From contig JAFSUB010000001.1 of NCBI GenBank assembly GCA_017445475.1, positions 14,834 through 78,833 on the forward strand: 64,000 nt of DNA, written 5' to 3'. Positions 20,747 to 31,588 of the stretch are shown here, piece after piece (the stretch's first letter is position 1; each line of letters starts with the position of its first letter). The DNA is from Alphaproteobacteria bacterium (GTDB lineage Bacteria > Pseudomonadota > Alphaproteobacteria > RF32 > CAG-239). The notes under the pieces were generated by a model. The model was not told the origin of the DNA and searched no databases. It saw only the letters and a list, made by a program, of their open reading frames with translations. The position numbers were made by a program, and so were the translations under genes.

Positions 20747-21856
20747 ATGGCATATAAAGATTATAAGGCAGATGTTGTAAACACAGATGTTTATCTGCTT
20801 GCAAAAGCGCTCGGGTTTGTTTTGTCTCGCACGCCGAAAAATGAAAACGATGTTAATCTTGTTCTTGAAGACATTACAAAATATATTCAAAATCACGAAA
20901 TAACCGAAAAAGAAGCGGCCACTTTGAGCGATGACCAAAAAACGCTTTTAGACGATATTCTAAAACCCAAAGAAGAAACACAGGAAAAATCGGTTTCAAG
21001 AAATGAAACCTTAAATGTGGGGCTCGCGCCTTCTGAAGAGCCGGCAATTGACAACACTTGGATTGAAGAAGAGCGCAAGCTTTGGGAAGAATTTGCCGCT
21101 CAAGTTAATCTGTTTTATGATGAAGAAGACAAAGACAACACCTCCAAAACATCGCTTAAATTTGCTTTAAGCCAAGACGGTGTGTCGCAAGGCGATTTAG
21201 TTTTTATAAGCCGAAATCATTGTCAGGTTGATGCAGATTCAAAATTTGTGATATATCAAGGGCTTGTTGAAACTGCCTTGAAAAAGGACTTGTCATTAAC
21301 TTTTGACCAGTCTTTAGATGAAAAACAACAGTTGATGCTCTTGGCTGCCGTTTTGAAAAATGAGAATCGTTATGAAAACGGCGATAAACTGGAAGTTATC
21401 AATGCGCCGAAAATAGATGAGAATACCTTAAAGTCGGAAGCTTTCAAGGGGCTTGATAAAGACGTGCAGGAAATTTTGAAAGAACAAATCAAACGTCAAA
21501 ATAAGGCACAAAAAGCAGAAAACAAAGAGCAAACGCAGCATGAGAAGAATTTGGAGAAAATCGAAGAGCTGAAAGAAAAAATCTTAAGGGAAAAAGATAG
21601 CGATAAACGCTATAAGCTTCGTCAAAAACAGGCGGCTCTTCAATATCAAAATCTTTCTGATGAGCGCAAAGCGCAAAGAGATAAAGAGCTTTTAGAACGC
21701 GACAGGATTGCCGCTGCGCGTGCCGGCATAACAGAGCCCTATCAAACCAAAAACAAAGGCGGTCAGGATTGGACCGTTCAAGAAGATGGAAACGCGCGCT
21801 ATTCGAAAGAATATCTTGATGTTCTGAAACGAAAATTCGCCAAAGAGAACGATTAA
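20747..21856 (+). CDS. hypothetical charged (K/E/D-rich) protein
   Basis: 369-aa ORF with coiled-coil-like charged C-terminal half; no recognisable domain. Confidence 0.4.
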   Translation: MAYKDYKADVVNTDVYLLAKALGFVLSRTPKNENDVNLVLEDITKYIQNHEITEKEAATLSDDQKTLLDDILKPKEETQEKSVSRNETLNVGLAPSEEPAIDNTWIEEERKLWEEFAAQVNLFYDEEDKDNTSKTSLKFALSQDGVSQGDLVFISRNHCQVDADSKFVIYQGLVETALKKDLSLTFDQSLDEKQQLMLLAAVLKNENRYENGDKLEVINAPKIDENTLKSEAFKGLDKDVQEILKEQIKRQNKAQKAENKEQTQHEKNLEKIEELKEKILREKDSDKRYKLRQKQAALQYQNLSDERKAQRDKELLERDRIAAARAGITEPYQTKNKGGQDWTVQEDGNARYSKEYLDVLKRKFAKEND

Positions 21857-21863
21857 GGGGTTC

Positions 21864-21906
21864 AACAAAAAAAGAATCAAAGAGCTGTCTTTGATTCTTT
21901 TTTTTA
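21864..21906. terminator. bidirectional intrinsic terminator
   Basis: Perfect 13-bp stem AAAGAATCAAAGA/TCTTTGATTCTTT with A-run 5' and T-run 3'; sits between convergent genes (hypothetical + and infA -). Confidence 0.6.
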
Positions 21907-21907
21907 G

Positions 21908-22129
21908 TTAATCTTTGTGGCGGAAAGTGATTCGCCCTTTGGTTAAATCATACGGCGTCATCTCAATATCAACCTTATCGCCCACCATCACGCGAATGCG
22001 AAACTTGCGCATTTTACCTGCCGTATGCGCCAAAATCTCAACGCCGTTTTCAAGCTTAACCCGAAACATTGCGTTCGGCAATTTTTCAACCACCTCGCCG
22101 CTTAATTCCAACAATTCTTCTTTGCTCAT
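21908..22129 (-). CDS. infA: translation initiation factor IF-1
   Basis: 73 aa S1-like protein; [25 protein letters not shown] is nearly invariant IF-1 sequence. Confidence 0.9.
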   Translation of the reverse strand: MSKEELLELSGEVVEKLPNAMFRVKLENGVEILAHTAGKMRKFRIRVMVGDKVDIEMTPYDLTKGRITFRHKD

Positions 22130-22191
22130 AAAAACCCCTGTTTTTGCATTAAATTTTTATATTCTATACCCTCATTTTTTTTCATTTGCAA

Positions 22192-23817
22192 TTATTTTTT
22201 TAAGGCCTTTGGAAACCTAATTTCAAATACGGTGCCTTTTTTAGGGGCGCTTGAAACAGATATAGATGCCCTAAATTTTTCAACAAGCGATTTCACAATG
22301 GCAAGCCCAACCCCCGTGCCCTGATGCTGATTGAGTTGTCCTTGAGAATAAAAGGGCTGGAAAATGTGCGGCAATTTTTCGGGTTCAATGCCGACACCGG
22401 TATCTTTCATCTTCAGCACAACAAAGTTTTTTTCGCCTGCGGTTGATACAACAATTTTTCCGCCGGATTTCGTTGCCTTTAAGGCATTTTGCGCCAAGTT
22501 TAACACAATCATTTTAAAATCAATGACATTGCCCGATATTTTACATTCCGTTTTTGAAAGTTTCGGCTCAATGTGCACACCGTTTCGCTTTGCTTCATAG
22601 TCTAAAAGTTGCAAAACATCAAAAATTGGGGTTTTGATATCAAAAACTTCTTCAACTTCCGTTCCTTGCCTTGCAAGGTTTAAGAGCCTTTCGGGCAATT
22701 CAATGCTTGAAACAATCTGGTCATAAATAAGCCGCAAATATTTTTTTAAGTCAGAATTTTGCTCTATCTCGGACGATTTGTTTTCAATCAAGGCCTCCGA
22801 TATCATTCTGATAGAGCCCAAATTGTTTTTCATTTCATGCGCAACGGCGGTTGCCAGAAAGCCGAGCGATGAAATTTTTTGTTCGTGTGAAAACTTAATG
22901 TCATCGCTTAAATCCTTAAAAGATTCGATAATAAAGAAATCTTGCGAATTTTTCATTTTCAGCGGTGCAGCACTGATTAAAATCGGACGGCCGTCAACTT
23001 CGCGCATTAAGGTCAGCGCCTTATCTTTCATTGTTTTAATCTCTTTTAAGGGGCAAGTGAAAATTTCTTGCGGGCAAGGATAGTCCACACCATAGGCTTC
23101 ATAACATTTTTGACTTTCCGGATTTTTCTTAAACTGTTTGTTGTAGGTTTGATTGGAAAGAATAATGTTGAAGTTTTTATCAATAACCCTAATTCCGTCC
23201 GGAATCGCGTCGATCAGCGATTGAAAGAACTGTTGAGAATTTTTAATTTCGGCAATGTTGGTTTCAATGTTTTCCATCATTGTGTTAAAAGTAAGCGCAA
23301 GCGTGTCAAGCTCATCAAAAAACACTTGTTTTTTATTAAGCTCAAGATGGGTTGAAAAATCGCCCTGCGACACTTTTTGAGCAACAGACGTCAGCCTTTT
23401 AATCGGGGTGATAATCCACCTTTGAAGCACCAAACCCAAAGAAAAAATTGAAATCAACGACAAAAGCGAGCTTATGCCGATAATTTTCATACCGTCCAAA
23501 AAGGCTTTTGCCTGCTCGTTGAAGTTTTGCTGCATTTGCTCATTCACCGTGCGCTCGCTTGACAAGGCTTGCTGCTTGTCGTCAAGCTCTGCGGTGAGCG
23601 ACGTGTGCCCCTGAATTTTGTTTAATTCACGAGAAAGCATAATGTTTTCGTGCAAAAGTCCCATCACATATTGGTTGCGTTGCGACAAAAGGTAATGCTC
23701 CTGCGAATATTTCTGCACATAAATCAGCATAAACATCGATAAAAAAAGCGTCGCCATAAAAACAAACAGCGCAAATACGGTATAAAATATTTTTTTCTTT
23801 AAGCTGAAAAACATCAA
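22192..23817 (-). CDS. sensor histidine kinase (TM-HAMP-PAS-HisKA-HATPase)
   Basis: Two TM helices, H-box AHEMKNNLGSI, N/G1/G2 boxes (LNLAQNALKAT, DTGVGIEPE, GTGVGLAIV). Confidence 0.8.
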   Translation of the reverse strand: MMFFSLKKKIFYTVFALFVFMATLFLSMFMLIYVQKYSQEHYLLSQRNQYVMGLLHENIMLSRELNKIQGHTSLTAELDDKQQALSSERTVNEQMQQNFNEQAKAFLDGMKIIGISSLLSLISIFSLGLVLQRWIITPIKRLTSVAQKVSQGDFSTHLELNKKQVFFDELDTLALTFNTMMENIETNIAEIKNSQQFFQSLIDAIPDGIRVIDKNFNIILSNQTYNKQFKKNPESQKCYEAYGVDYPCPQEIFTCPLKEIKTMKDKALTLMREVDGRPILISAAPLKMKNSQDFFIIESFKDLSDDIKFSHEQKISSLGFLATAVAHEMKNNLGSIRMISEALIENKSSEIEQNSDLKKYLRLIYDQIVSSIELPERLLNLARQGTEVEEVFDIKTPIFDVLQLLDYEAKRNGVHIEPKLSKTECKISGNVIDFKMIVLNLAQNALKATKSGGKIVVSTAGEKNFVVLKMKDTGVGIEPEKLPHIFQPFYSQGQLNQHQGTGVGLAIVKSLVEKFRASISVSSAPKKGTVFEIRFPKALKK

Positions 23818-24719
23818 TTCTCTCCCAAATCATATTCGTTTTCAAGGGTTGCTTCGTCAACGTGGTGGAGTTTGTAATATGTTAAGGTATAATCCAAAAG
23901 ACCGGCAAAGTTCGGCAAATTGCTGTCCAAAATCATCGTCCAATCAAAACGCTTTCCGTATAAGATGTCGCCCTTTTTGCGTGCTTGAGCGCGGCTTTGG
24001 CGAAATGTCTGATAGTTGATGTTGCTGTTGATTTTGAGCACATAGTCGCTGATACAATCTTCAAGCGAATCGTAAATTTTGTAGGTAAATCCTTCTTCTT
24101 TGCCGCCCGATGGTTCGAGCCCTTCGTTTGAAAACCACATTTTTGTTTGGTAAAGATTATTTGCAAGCTGGGCAACTCTTGATGTTCCCCAATCAGTGTA
24201 TATGGCCGCGGCAGCAAGCAAAATTGAGGGCGGCACAATATCCACTTTTTGCTTTAACTCTGTAAACAATTTTAAGTAGCGGCGCGTATCTTTGAACTTG
24301 GAGCTCACATCATATTTTTGCGCCAGCTCGTCAAGATAATACATATCCGCCTCGTCAAAATCTTTGTTTTGTTCAAAGTCATATTCAAGCGCTTCAATAA
24401 TTTCTCTTTCTTGCAAAACATCTTCATTGGCTTTTAAGATGAGCGGAATCAAAATTTGCATAAATAAGCGATTACGAAGCGTTTTATCTTCCATTAAGGC
24501 CAAATCGGAAGGCAAATTTTTCACAAAAAGCCGCGGATATGCGTTGGCCTGAGGCAAAATATACGTTTCATAGTCAAGCTCTTTGAAGGCTTTGCTCAAA
24601 TTATCAGATGTATAGTCCGAAAAATACGCACCCGTGTTGTTTATTCTTAAATCTTGTGCCACAACAATGAGAGGGAAGAAAAGAAAAAATAAAAACACCA
24701 ACCGTTTCATCATGAACAA
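23814..24719 (-). CDS. hypothetical secreted protein
   Basis: Signal peptide MKRLVFLFFLFFPLIVVAQ; translationally coupled to the kinase gene; possibly glucosaminidase/Bax-like but unsupported. Confidence 0.4.
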   Translation of the reverse strand: MFMMKRLVFLFFLFFPLIVVAQDLRINNTGAYFSDYTSDNLSKAFKELDYETYILPQANAYPRLFVKNLPSDLALMEDKTLRNRLFMQILIPLILKANEDVLQEREIIEALEYDFEQNKDFDEADMYYLDELAQKYDVSSKFKDTRRYLKLFTELKQKVDIVPPSILLAAAAIYTDWGTSRVAQLANNLYQTKMWFSNEGLEPSGGKEEGFTYKIYDSLEDCISDYVLKINSNINYQTFRQSRAQARKKGDILYGKRFDWTMILDSNLPNFAGLLDYTLTYYKLHHVDEATLENEYDLGEN

Positions 24720-24728
24720 ATCCCTTTT

Positions 24729-26315
24729 TTAACGTTTTTTCGCACGTCTGCTCAAAAACAACAATTCGCGCAGTTCGCTCAAGCTCAAAACCTTAAAAGC
24801 AAGAGCAAAAAAGCAAAAGCAAACAAGTCCGAAACAACTCAAGAAGCCCAAAATTCCAAGCTTAATGAAAAAAGCATATTGAAACCAGCCGCCGCTTAAG
24901 CCGTCGATTCCCTTTTGAACACAAAATACGGCAAGCGCCATTAAAATTGAGGCAAATAAAATTTTCAAAATTTTAACGAGCAGCGTTTTTGAACATTTCC
25001 AAAACCCTCTTTTTTTAAGCCCGTAAACATATTGAAAAAGCGAAACAAAAGCTGAAATCGTCGTTGCCGTGGCAATGCCGATATGCCCGAAAGGATACAT
25101 CAAAACGAGGTTAAAAACAAGGTTCACGCTAAACACAACAGCGCTGAATTTAACCGGTGTAACGGTGTCGCCGCGTGCAAAAAAATTGGGCATTAAAGCT
25201 TTCACCAAAACATAACACGGCAAACCGACGGCATAAGCAATTAAAGCATACGCGGTTTTAAGCGTATCCAAAGCGCCGAAACGCCCGTGTTCAAACAAAA
25301 CGTGAACAACGGGACAGGCCAGAACAATCATCAATGCGGCAGCCGGCATTGAAAGAAGCGCGGCATAAAAGAAGGCTTTGTCCTGCGTTTTTTTGCTTTC
25401 TGATGTTTCGGCCGCCTTAAGCTGTTTTGAGAGAATCGGCAAAAGTGCAACGCTGATGGCGGCTCCGACAACCCCGAGAGGCAGTTGTTGCAACCGATTG
25501 GCATAATAAAGCCAAGAAATTGCGCCGGTGCCGACAAGCGAAACCAAAATGGTGTCAAGCGCCATATTGATTTGATAAATTCCGGCGCCGACAACCCCTG
25601 GTGCAATGCGTTTGAAAAGCGTTTTAATCTCGGGATTTTGCAAAATTTTTTTCGGATGAATATACGGCCTTATTTTCACGTCGATTTTGCGCAAAAAGTG
25701 CCGCAGCCAAAAAATTTCCAAAATGCCGGCAAGCGTAATTGCAAAGGCAAAACCGTGTGCCGGCGTTTGGCAAAACGGCACTAAAACGAAGGCGGATAAA
25801 ATCATTGTTAAATTTAAGATAATTGGTGCCATGGCAGGCGCGGCAAATTTTTCAAACGAATTTAAAATGCCCGCTTGAAACGAAACGACAGAGATAAACA
25901 GCAAAAACGGAAATGTTATGCGGCAAAGCGATGTCGCAAGCTCTATTTTGCCGGCATCGCCCGCAAACCCCGGTGCCAAAACGGCAACGATATATGGCAT
26001 AAAAAGCTCAAAAAGCAAAACAAAACAAAGCCAAAACAGCGTTAAAATCGAAACGGATTGTGCCGCAAAGAAAACAGATTTTTTTTTGCCCTCTGAAACA
26101 AGTTTTTGCGAAAACAGGGGCACAAATGCGCTTGTGAAAGCGCCTTCGGCAAAAAGGCTTCGAAAAAGGTTCGGCAATTTAAACGACACAAAAAATGCGT
26201 CAGAAGCCAAACCTGCGCCCAAAAAATTGGCCAAAATCATATCGCGTGCAAAACCGGTTATACGGCTGATAAGTGTGAAGCCGCCGAAGGTTGCGATGGA
26301 TTTAAATAATGACAT
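24729..26315 (-). CDS. murJ: lipid II flippase MurJ (MviN)
   Basis: MSLFKSIATFGGFTLISRITGFARDMILA... is a canonical MurJ N-terminus; 14-TM MOP family; start set at the internal Met at 26315 rather than the upstream ATG at 26432. Confidence 0.85.
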   Translation of the reverse strand: MSLFKSIATFGGFTLISRITGFARDMILANFLGAGLASDAFFVSFKLPNLFRSLFAEGAFTSAFVPLFSQKLVSEGKKKSVFFAAQSVSILTLFWLCFVLLFELFMPYIVAVLAPGFAGDAGKIELATSLCRITFPFLLFISVVSFQAGILNSFEKFAAPAMAPIILNLTMILSAFVLVPFCQTPAHGFAFAITLAGILEIFWLRHFLRKIDVKIRPYIHPKKILQNPEIKTLFKRIAPGVVGAGIYQINMALDTILVSLVGTGAISWLYYANRLQQLPLGVVGAAISVALLPILSKQLKAAETSESKKTQDKAFFYAALLSMPAAALMIVLACPVVHVLFEHGRFGALDTLKTAYALIAYAVGLPCYVLVKALMPNFFARGDTVTPVKFSAVVFSVNLVFNLVLMYPFGHIGIATATTISAFVSLFQYVYGLKKRGFWKCSKTLLVKILKILFASILMALAVFCVQKGIDGLSGGWFQYAFFIKLGILGFLSCFGLVCFCFFALAFKVLSLSELRELLFLSRRAKKR

Positions 26316-26491
26316 AAACAGCCTCTTTCTTTTGAATTTTTTCGCACCCATTTTACAAGCAAAGCTTTTGATTTTCATCAGCAAAAAAAAACTTATGCAC
26401 GGATAAAAAAAATTAAAAAAACCTCTTGACAAAAGAAATCGGACGTGCTATGTTTGGACAAAATAGATGAATTTGTAAGGAATAACAAGAT

Positions 26492-26851
26492 ATGACTGTT
26501 AAAACATTAGATAGGTATAAGAAGCTTCGTGATAAAGCCGCACAAGAGGCAAAAATGTCTGTTCGCGGAGAAGTTTCTCCGGCCAGACCGTGCTTGCTTG
26601 TCGGTTTGTTGCGCGATCCGAAAGTCGGCAAAATGATTGAGCGCACAGAAAAAAGGTATAAAGGTGGTGTGTGTGGCACAAGGCGTTTTCCAAGGCTTAA
26701 TCGTTTGGTGAGCAAATTGTCAGCCTACAATTCGTTTAAGACTTTGGTTTATGGTGAGGTAAGGCAAGACATCGCATCTTCTCAAAAGCTTGAAATGCTT
26801 GCCAAGCAAAATCCGGCCATTAATCGTCTGCACAGCTCCATTGAGCGCTGA
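26492..26851 (+). CDS. conserved hypothetical protein
   Basis: 119-aa ORF with RBS, followed by an intrinsic terminator. Confidence 0.45.
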   Translation: MTVKTLDRYKKLRDKAAQEAKMSVRGEVSPARPCLLVGLLRDPKVGKMIERTEKRYKGGVCGTRRFPRLNRLVSKLSAYNSFKTLVYGEVRQDIASSQKLEMLAKQNPAINRLHSSIER

Positions 26852-26883
26852 TGTTTGAGTATTATTTTTCATTGATGTCCTTT

Positions 26884-26912
26884 GCCGCCCCTTTGTCGGG
26901 GCGGTTTTCTTT
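26884..26912 (+). terminator. intrinsic terminator
   Basis: GC-rich stem CCGCCCC/GGGGCGG followed by TTTTCTTTTG. Confidence 0.5.
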
Positions 26913-26923
26913 TGTTATATCGC

Positions 26924-26962
26924 AAAAAAAAACCGCCGGCACGACCGACGGTTGATTTTTTT
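26924..26962 (-). terminator. intrinsic terminator downstream of pnp
   Basis: Stem AACCGTCGG/CCGGCGGTT on the minus strand followed by a 9-nt U-run; immediately 3' of the pnp stop. Confidence 0.55.
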
Positions 26963-26974
26963 AAGGCAATGAGA

Positions 26975-29122
26975 TTATAAAATCTCTTCGCCCGTTTCTT
27001 GGTCAACGCGTTTGGCAGACAATTTCCACTTGCCGCGATTGTCCATACCGATGCATTTCACCCAAATCGAATCACCTTCTTTATAGAAGTCTGAAACAGA
27101 TGCGATTCTCTCGTTTTTGATTTCGGAGATATGCACCAAACCTTCCGTTGAACCGACAAAACGCACAAAAGCGCCAAAGTCCATAATTTTGGTGATGACG
27201 CCCTTGTAAATCACGCCTTCTTCGGGTTCGGCCACAATATCCATAATGATGTTAAGGGCTTTTTCGCCGTCTTGCGTGTTCACCGAGGCAATTTTAACAA
27301 TGCCGTCGTCCGAAATGTCAATTTTGGTGTTTGTCTTTTCAATAATCTCACGGATAATCTTTCCACCCGTGCCAATCACTTCGCGGATTTTATCAACCGG
27401 AATTTTGAGTGTGATAATGCGCGGTGCAAGTTCCGAAACTTTTTCACGCGGTGCGGCAATGGCCTTTGCCATTTCGCCCAAAATGTGGATTCGCCCTTCG
27501 TGTGCTTGTGCCAAAGCATTTTTCATAATCTCTTCGGTAATAGACGTAATTTTGATGTCCATCTGCAAAGCGGTTACGCCGTCTTTGGTTCCGGCCACCT
27601 TAAAGTCCATATCGCCCAAGTGGTCTTCATCACCCAAAATATCGGTTAAAATGGCCACTCTGCCGTCATCTTCCTTAATTAAGCCCATCGCAATTCCCGC
27701 AACCGGCTTTTTCATCGGAACGCCGGCCGCTTCAAGCGAAAGCGTTGTGCCGCAAACGGTTGCCATTGAGGACGAGCCGTTTGATTCCATAATGTCGGAA
27801 ACAACACGAACAGAGTAGGGGAATTTTTCCTTATCGGTGGGCATCATCGGATGAATTGCACGCCAAGCAAGCTTTCCGTGGCCGATTTCGCGACGTCCCG
27901 GCGAGCCTATTCTGCCGCACTCACCAACTGAAAACGGCGGGAAGTTGTAATAAAGCATAAAGTCTTGACGATATTCTGCCATTAAGCCGTCAATAATTTG
28001 CGCATCGTCATCGGTGCCCAGCGTGGTCACAACCAAGGCCTGTGTTTCACCACGCGTAAACAAGGCAGAACCGTGTGTTGTCGGCAAAACATCAATTTGG
28101 CATTCAATCGGGCGGACGGTTTTCGTGTCGCGTCCATCAATGCGCTTGCCGGTTGACAGCACTTTTTCGCGCATAACTTTATGCATCACGTGCTCAATGG
28201 CGTCTTGCGCATAGCGAACCTCAATTTCGTTTTCGCTGTCAATCGTTTCTTTGAACTTTTCAGCCAAATCACCGAGCATCGTGGCACGCTCTTGCTTGTT
28301 GATAATGTTGAAAGCCTCTTCATACTGCGAGCCGAATTCTTTTTCGGCGCGTTCGCACAAGGCATAATATTCTTCCGGAAACTCCGGATTTGCCCAAGCC
28401 TCTTTGCCGGCTTCTTCCTTTAAGTCGTTAATCATTTTAATAACCGGTTGAAAACTTTCAAAACCAAACATCACCGCACCGAGCATCACATCTTCGGGCA
28501 ATTCGTTTGCTTCTGATTCAACCATTAAAACACCTTCATGAGTTCCCGCAACCGTCAAATCCAGCTCCGAATTTTTGCGTTCGGCAAGCGTCGGATTTAA
28601 GAGATATTGCCCGTTTTGATAGCCAACCTTAACGGCACCGATGGGCCCCAAAAACGGAATGCCCGAAACAGCCAAGGCAGCAGATGCCGCAATCATGGCC
28701 ACAATGTCAGAGTCATTTTTCTGATCATGCGACAGTGTTGTGCATATAATTTGAACTTCATTTTTAAATGCGTCAGGAAAAAGAGGACGAATCGGTCTAT
28801 CAATCAAGCGCGACAGCAAAACTTCACGTTCCGAAGGTTTGCCTTCACGTTTCATAAAACCGCCGGGAATTTTGCCGGTTGCATAATATTTTTCCTGATA
28901 ATTAACGGTTAAAGGAAAAAAATCTTGATCCGGTTTTGCTTCTTTTGCGGCGCAAACGGTTGCCACCACAACGGTTTCTCCATAAGTTGCAACAACGGCA
29001 CCCGTTGCTTGTCTTGCAATTTTTCCTGTTTCCAAAACCAGTTTTCGACCACCCCAATCCATTTCTCGGCGGGATACTTTAAAATCAATCATATTTTTTA
29101 CCTTTCCTATTTTAAACCTCAC
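26975..29122 (-). CDS. pnp: polynucleotide phosphorylase
   Basis: 715 aa: two RNase PH domains, KH ([10 protein letters not shown]) and C-terminal S1 domain. Confidence 0.95.
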   Translation of the reverse strand: MRFKIGKVKNMIDFKVSRREMDWGGRKLVLETGKIARQATGAVVATYGETVVVATVCAAKEAKPDQDFFPLTVNYQEKYYATGKIPGGFMKREGKPSEREVLLSRLIDRPIRPLFPDAFKNEVQIICTTLSHDQKNDSDIVAMIAASAALAVSGIPFLGPIGAVKVGYQNGQYLLNPTLAERKNSELDLTVAGTHEGVLMVESEANELPEDVMLGAVMFGFESFQPVIKMINDLKEEAGKEAWANPEFPEEYYALCERAEKEFGSQYEEAFNIINKQERATMLGDLAEKFKETIDSENEIEVRYAQDAIEHVMHKVMREKVLSTGKRIDGRDTKTVRPIECQIDVLPTTHGSALFTRGETQALVVTTLGTDDDAQIIDGLMAEYRQDFMLYYNFPPFSVGECGRIGSPGRREIGHGKLAWRAIHPMMPTDKEKFPYSVRVVSDIMESNGSSSMATVCGTTLSLEAAGVPMKKPVAGIAMGLIKEDDGRVAILTDILGDEDHLGDMDFKVAGTKDGVTALQMDIKITSITEEIMKNALAQAHEGRIHILGEMAKAIAAPREKVSELAPRIITLKIPVDKIREVIGTGGKIIREIIEKTNTKIDISDDGIVKIASVNTQDGEKALNIIMDIVAEPEEGVIYKGVITKIMDFGAFVRFVGSTEGLVHISEIKNERIASVSDFYKEGDSIWVKCIGMDNRGKWKLSAKRVDQETGEEIL

Positions 29123-29198
29123 CCGGCCCCATGCCGGGATTTTTCATCATTAAAACTGCGGAGCCCATGCCCCGCAGTTTTTTATTTTTTTGATAAGT
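29123..29198 (-). promoter_or_regulatory. rpsO-pnp intergenic hairpins (rpsO terminator / pnp leader)
   Basis: Two GC-rich hairpins (ACTGCGGGG...CCGCAGT and CCCGGCATGGGGCCGGG) between rpsO and pnp, where an RNase III-processed pnp leader is expected. Confidence 0.4.
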
Positions 29199-29468
29199 TT
29201 ACTTACGTAAACCCAGTTTTTTAACAATGGCCTGATAACGCGCCTCATCTTTTGCCTTTAAGTGGTCTAAAAGGTGGCGGCGACGGCTGACCATTTTCAT
29301 CAAGCCCAAGCGAGAGTGCAAATCTTTTTTATGCACATTAAAATGCTCGATTAAGGCGTTGATACGATATGTCCAAATTGCGATTTGAACTTCCGGCGAA
29401 CCTGTGTCGCCCGGCTTCAAACCGTATTTTGCAACAATTTCCTGTTTTTGTTCGTTTGTAATCGACAT
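29199..29468 (-). CDS. rpsO: 30S ribosomal protein S15
   Basis: 89 aa, [11 protein letters not shown]...HLLDHLK typical S15. Confidence 0.95.
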   Translation of the reverse strand: MSITNEQKQEIVAKYGLKPGDTGSPEVQIAIWTYRINALIEHFNVHKKDLHSRLGLMKMVSRRRHLLDHLKAKDEARYQAIVKKLGLRK

Positions 29469-29479
29469 CTTTTTTTCCT

Positions 29480-30430
29480 TTATTTTGATAAATTAAACAC
29501 GCGAATCGGGACAATAGCCTTCCCCTCAACGCGAACAAGCGCCGTCAAACAATCTTTTTCAAAAGCGGCCAACACCTCATCTTGGCGTTCTGAAACGCCG
29601 TAAGTTGTGGCTGATAACCTTTGTCCAAGCCTTAATTTGAAAGCATCTTCTGCCGAAACGGCCAGCGCCGCGATGTCGCGCAGCACGGTCTGAACTGGCA
29701 TCAGAAAACCTTGTTCGCTCTTTTCATACACCATATTTTTTAAATTTTCCAGCAAAATCGTATCTGAAATCGAAAAATTTGCGCAACGCGTTCTTCTTAA
29801 AGCCGTTAAATGCCCGTAGCTTTGAAGTTTTAGGGCAATATCTTTGCCCAGCGTGCGTATATATGTTCCCTTTGAGCAGCAAACCTTAAATTGAAACGAA
29901 TCGTCTGAAACCTGTTTTAAAAAATCAAGGCTGTATATTTCCACTTCGCGTTCGGCAATTTCAAAATTTTTTCCCTCTCTTGCAAGTTTGTATGCACGCA
30001 CACCCCCGATTTTGATGGCGCTGTAAGCCGGCGGTGTTTGTTTGATTTTTCCGACAAACGCGGGCAGAATGCGCAAAAGCTCATCTTTTGAGGGCACACG
30101 CCCGCCTGTGTGGACAGGCTCGCCTTGTAAATCGTCCGTTGTGGTGTCAAAGCCAAATTTTAAGACAAACTCATATTCTTTTTTGCCGTCTGTCACATAA
30201 GCAATCAACTTTGTTGCCTCGCCGAACGCAATCGGCAACACACCCGTTGCAAAAGGGTCAAGCGTTCCCGTATGGCCGTTTTTGTTGGCATCTAAAAGTC
30301 GGCGCGTGATGTTGACAACCTCGGTTGATCCCATGCCTTGGGGCTTATCAATAACAATCCAACCGTTGATGTTTTTGTGTTTTGTTCGTTTCATAAAAGC
30401 GTTTATAAGCCAAATGCCCCCTTTTTGCAA
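29480..30430 (-). CDS. truB: tRNA pseudouridine(55) synthase
   Basis: TruB catalytic motif [18 protein letters not shown] plus PUA-like C-terminus. Confidence 0.9.
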   Translation of the reverse strand: MQKGGIWLINAFMKRTKHKNINGWIVIDKPQGMGSTEVVNITRRLLDANKNGHTGTLDPFATGVLPIAFGEATKLIAYVTDGKKEYEFVLKFGFDTTTDDLQGEPVHTGGRVPSKDELLRILPAFVGKIKQTPPAYSAIKIGGVRAYKLAREGKNFEIAEREVEIYSLDFLKQVSDDSFQFKVCCSKGTYIRTLGKDIALKLQSYGHLTALRRTRCANFSISDTILLENLKNMVYEKSEQGFLMPVQTVLRDIAALAVSAEDAFKLRLGQRLSATTYGVSERQDEVLAAFEKDCLTALVRVEGKAIVPIRVFNLSK

Positions 30431-30575
30431 TAAATTATTTTTTTGATAAAAAGATTGTTTTTTTGAGTTTTGCTGACAAAAAATGCCAAAAAAAACAAAA
30501 AAGTGCTTGATTGTAGCGTTTGTTTTTGCTATAACGGAATCAGGGACAAAACTTTGATTTGGAAGGACTTAAGAT

Positions 30576-31094
30576 ATGACAATCAAATCATTTGATGAAA
30601 TGTATGCACAACAGGGCGAAAGGCTTGCTGAAGACTTTGGTAAAGACAAAACTGAAGCCATTTTACATGATGCAAGAAAAATATATGAAACGCTTAAAAC
30701 GCCGGAAGCTATTGATGAGTTTGCCAAATCTGGTTATGAAAAGAGACAAGAAATGGTTAAGGGATTATCCGGTAAACATTTCGTTGGTATGGGACTTGCT
30801 CATAAATTAGCCCGTGATTACGCAGAATATGTTCAAAAAGAGCAACCTCAACCCGTTTTACAAAAGCCTCAAGCAAGTGTTTATGCCGATAAGGTCAGAT
30901 CGAAGATAGAACGAAACGAAAAACATATGCAAAAAGCGCCGAGCTTAAAGGGGATATCAGGGGCTGTTGTTGCCGATGAAATTGCTAAAAGGCTAATTTC
31001 AGGCGAAGAAAATCGTGTTATCACGCCGGAAGTCGGCAAAGAGTTATCCGATTCCATTAAAAAGTCTTGGGCACAAAACAAGCAAAACGTTTAA
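30576..31094 (+). CDS. hypothetical protein
   Basis: 172-aa charged soluble ORF with RBS GGAAGGA; no recognisable domain. Confidence 0.4.
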   Translation: MTIKSFDEMYAQQGERLAEDFGKDKTEAILHDARKIYETLKTPEAIDEFAKSGYEKRQEMVKGLSGKHFVGMGLAHKLARDYAEYVQKEQPQPVLQKPQASVYADKVRSKIERNEKHMQKAPSLKGISGAVVADEIAKRLISGEENRVITPEVGKELSDSIKKSWAQNKQNV

Positions 31095-31278
31095 ATGATG
31101 CAAAAAACGCCTCATCTTTTAAGCTGGGGCGTTTTTTGCGTTTTTTTAATAAAAAGACTTGCAAATTTAAAAAGATGGGGGTATAAGGCATTCACGATGT
31201 TTTTTGTAAAACATCGCAAGAAAAGAAGCCGGAGACTTCTTGCACAAAAAGAAAATTATTGTAAAACATATCAAATAA

Positions 31279-31355
31279 CGGGACGTAGTTCAGCCTGGTA
31301 GAGCGCTTGCATGGGGTGCAAGAAGCCGGAGGTTCAAATCCTCTCGTCCCGACCA
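31279..31355 (+). tRNA. tRNA-Pro (anticodon GGG)
   Basis: Cloverleaf: acceptor CGGGACG/CGTCCCG, U8, D-arm GTTC..GAGC, anticodon stem CTTGC/GCAAG, loop AUGGGGU, T-arm GGAGGTTCAAATCCTCT, discriminator A plus encoded CCA; CGG..CGACCA ends typical of bacterial tRNA-Pro. Confidence 0.85.
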
Positions 31356-31363
31356 TAAAACAC

Positions 31364-31397
31364 AAAGCCTGCCCTTGGGGCGGGCTTTGTGTTTTAT
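31364..31397 (+). terminator. intrinsic terminator after tRNA-Pro
   Basis: AAAGCCTGCCC/GGGCGGGCTTT hairpin followed by TGTGTTTT. Confidence 0.5.
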
Positions 31398-31411
31398 TAT
31401 AACGAAGTGAT

Positions 31412-31427
31412 GGGATTTGAACCTCCG
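31412..31427. repeat. inverted partial copy of tRNA-Pro T-arm
   Basis: Minus strand reads CGGAGGTTCAAATCCCA, a 15/15 match to the tRNA T-arm at 31327-31341; not part of a complete tRNA. Confidence 0.4.
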
Positions 31428-31539
31428 AAAAAGGAGGTTCACAACCAGCGAAAGCGAGACTTTAAGTATCGCGGTCGTTTAAAAAAAACGATGAGCGCCT
31501 GTGCGACCGAGCTTTTTTTATAAAAAGCGAAGGCCAAAA

Positions 31540-31554
31540 CTCTCGTCCCGACCA
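31540..31554. repeat. direct repeat of tRNA-Pro 3' end (att-like scar)
   Basis: CTCTCGTCCCGACCA is identical to tRNA positions 31341-31355 and sits 185 bp downstream, again followed by a terminator hairpin. Confidence 0.55.
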
Positions 31555-31556
31555 AT

Positions 31557-31588
31557 AAAAAAGCCACCGTTTGGTGGCTTTTTTGTTG
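31557..31588 (+). terminator. intrinsic terminator
   Basis: AAGCCACC/GGTGGCTT hairpin followed by TTTTTGTTGG. Confidence 0.5.

Noticed and set aside
31405-31445. Possible second tRNA or tmRNA fragment on the minus strand (GGAGGTTCAAATCC T-arm-like sequence)
   Set aside because: No acceptor stem, D-arm, anticodon arm or CCA can be built. The sequence forms a simple GAACCTCC/GGAGGTTC hairpin and matches the tRNA-Pro T-arm, so it is best treated as a recombination scar, not an RNA gene.
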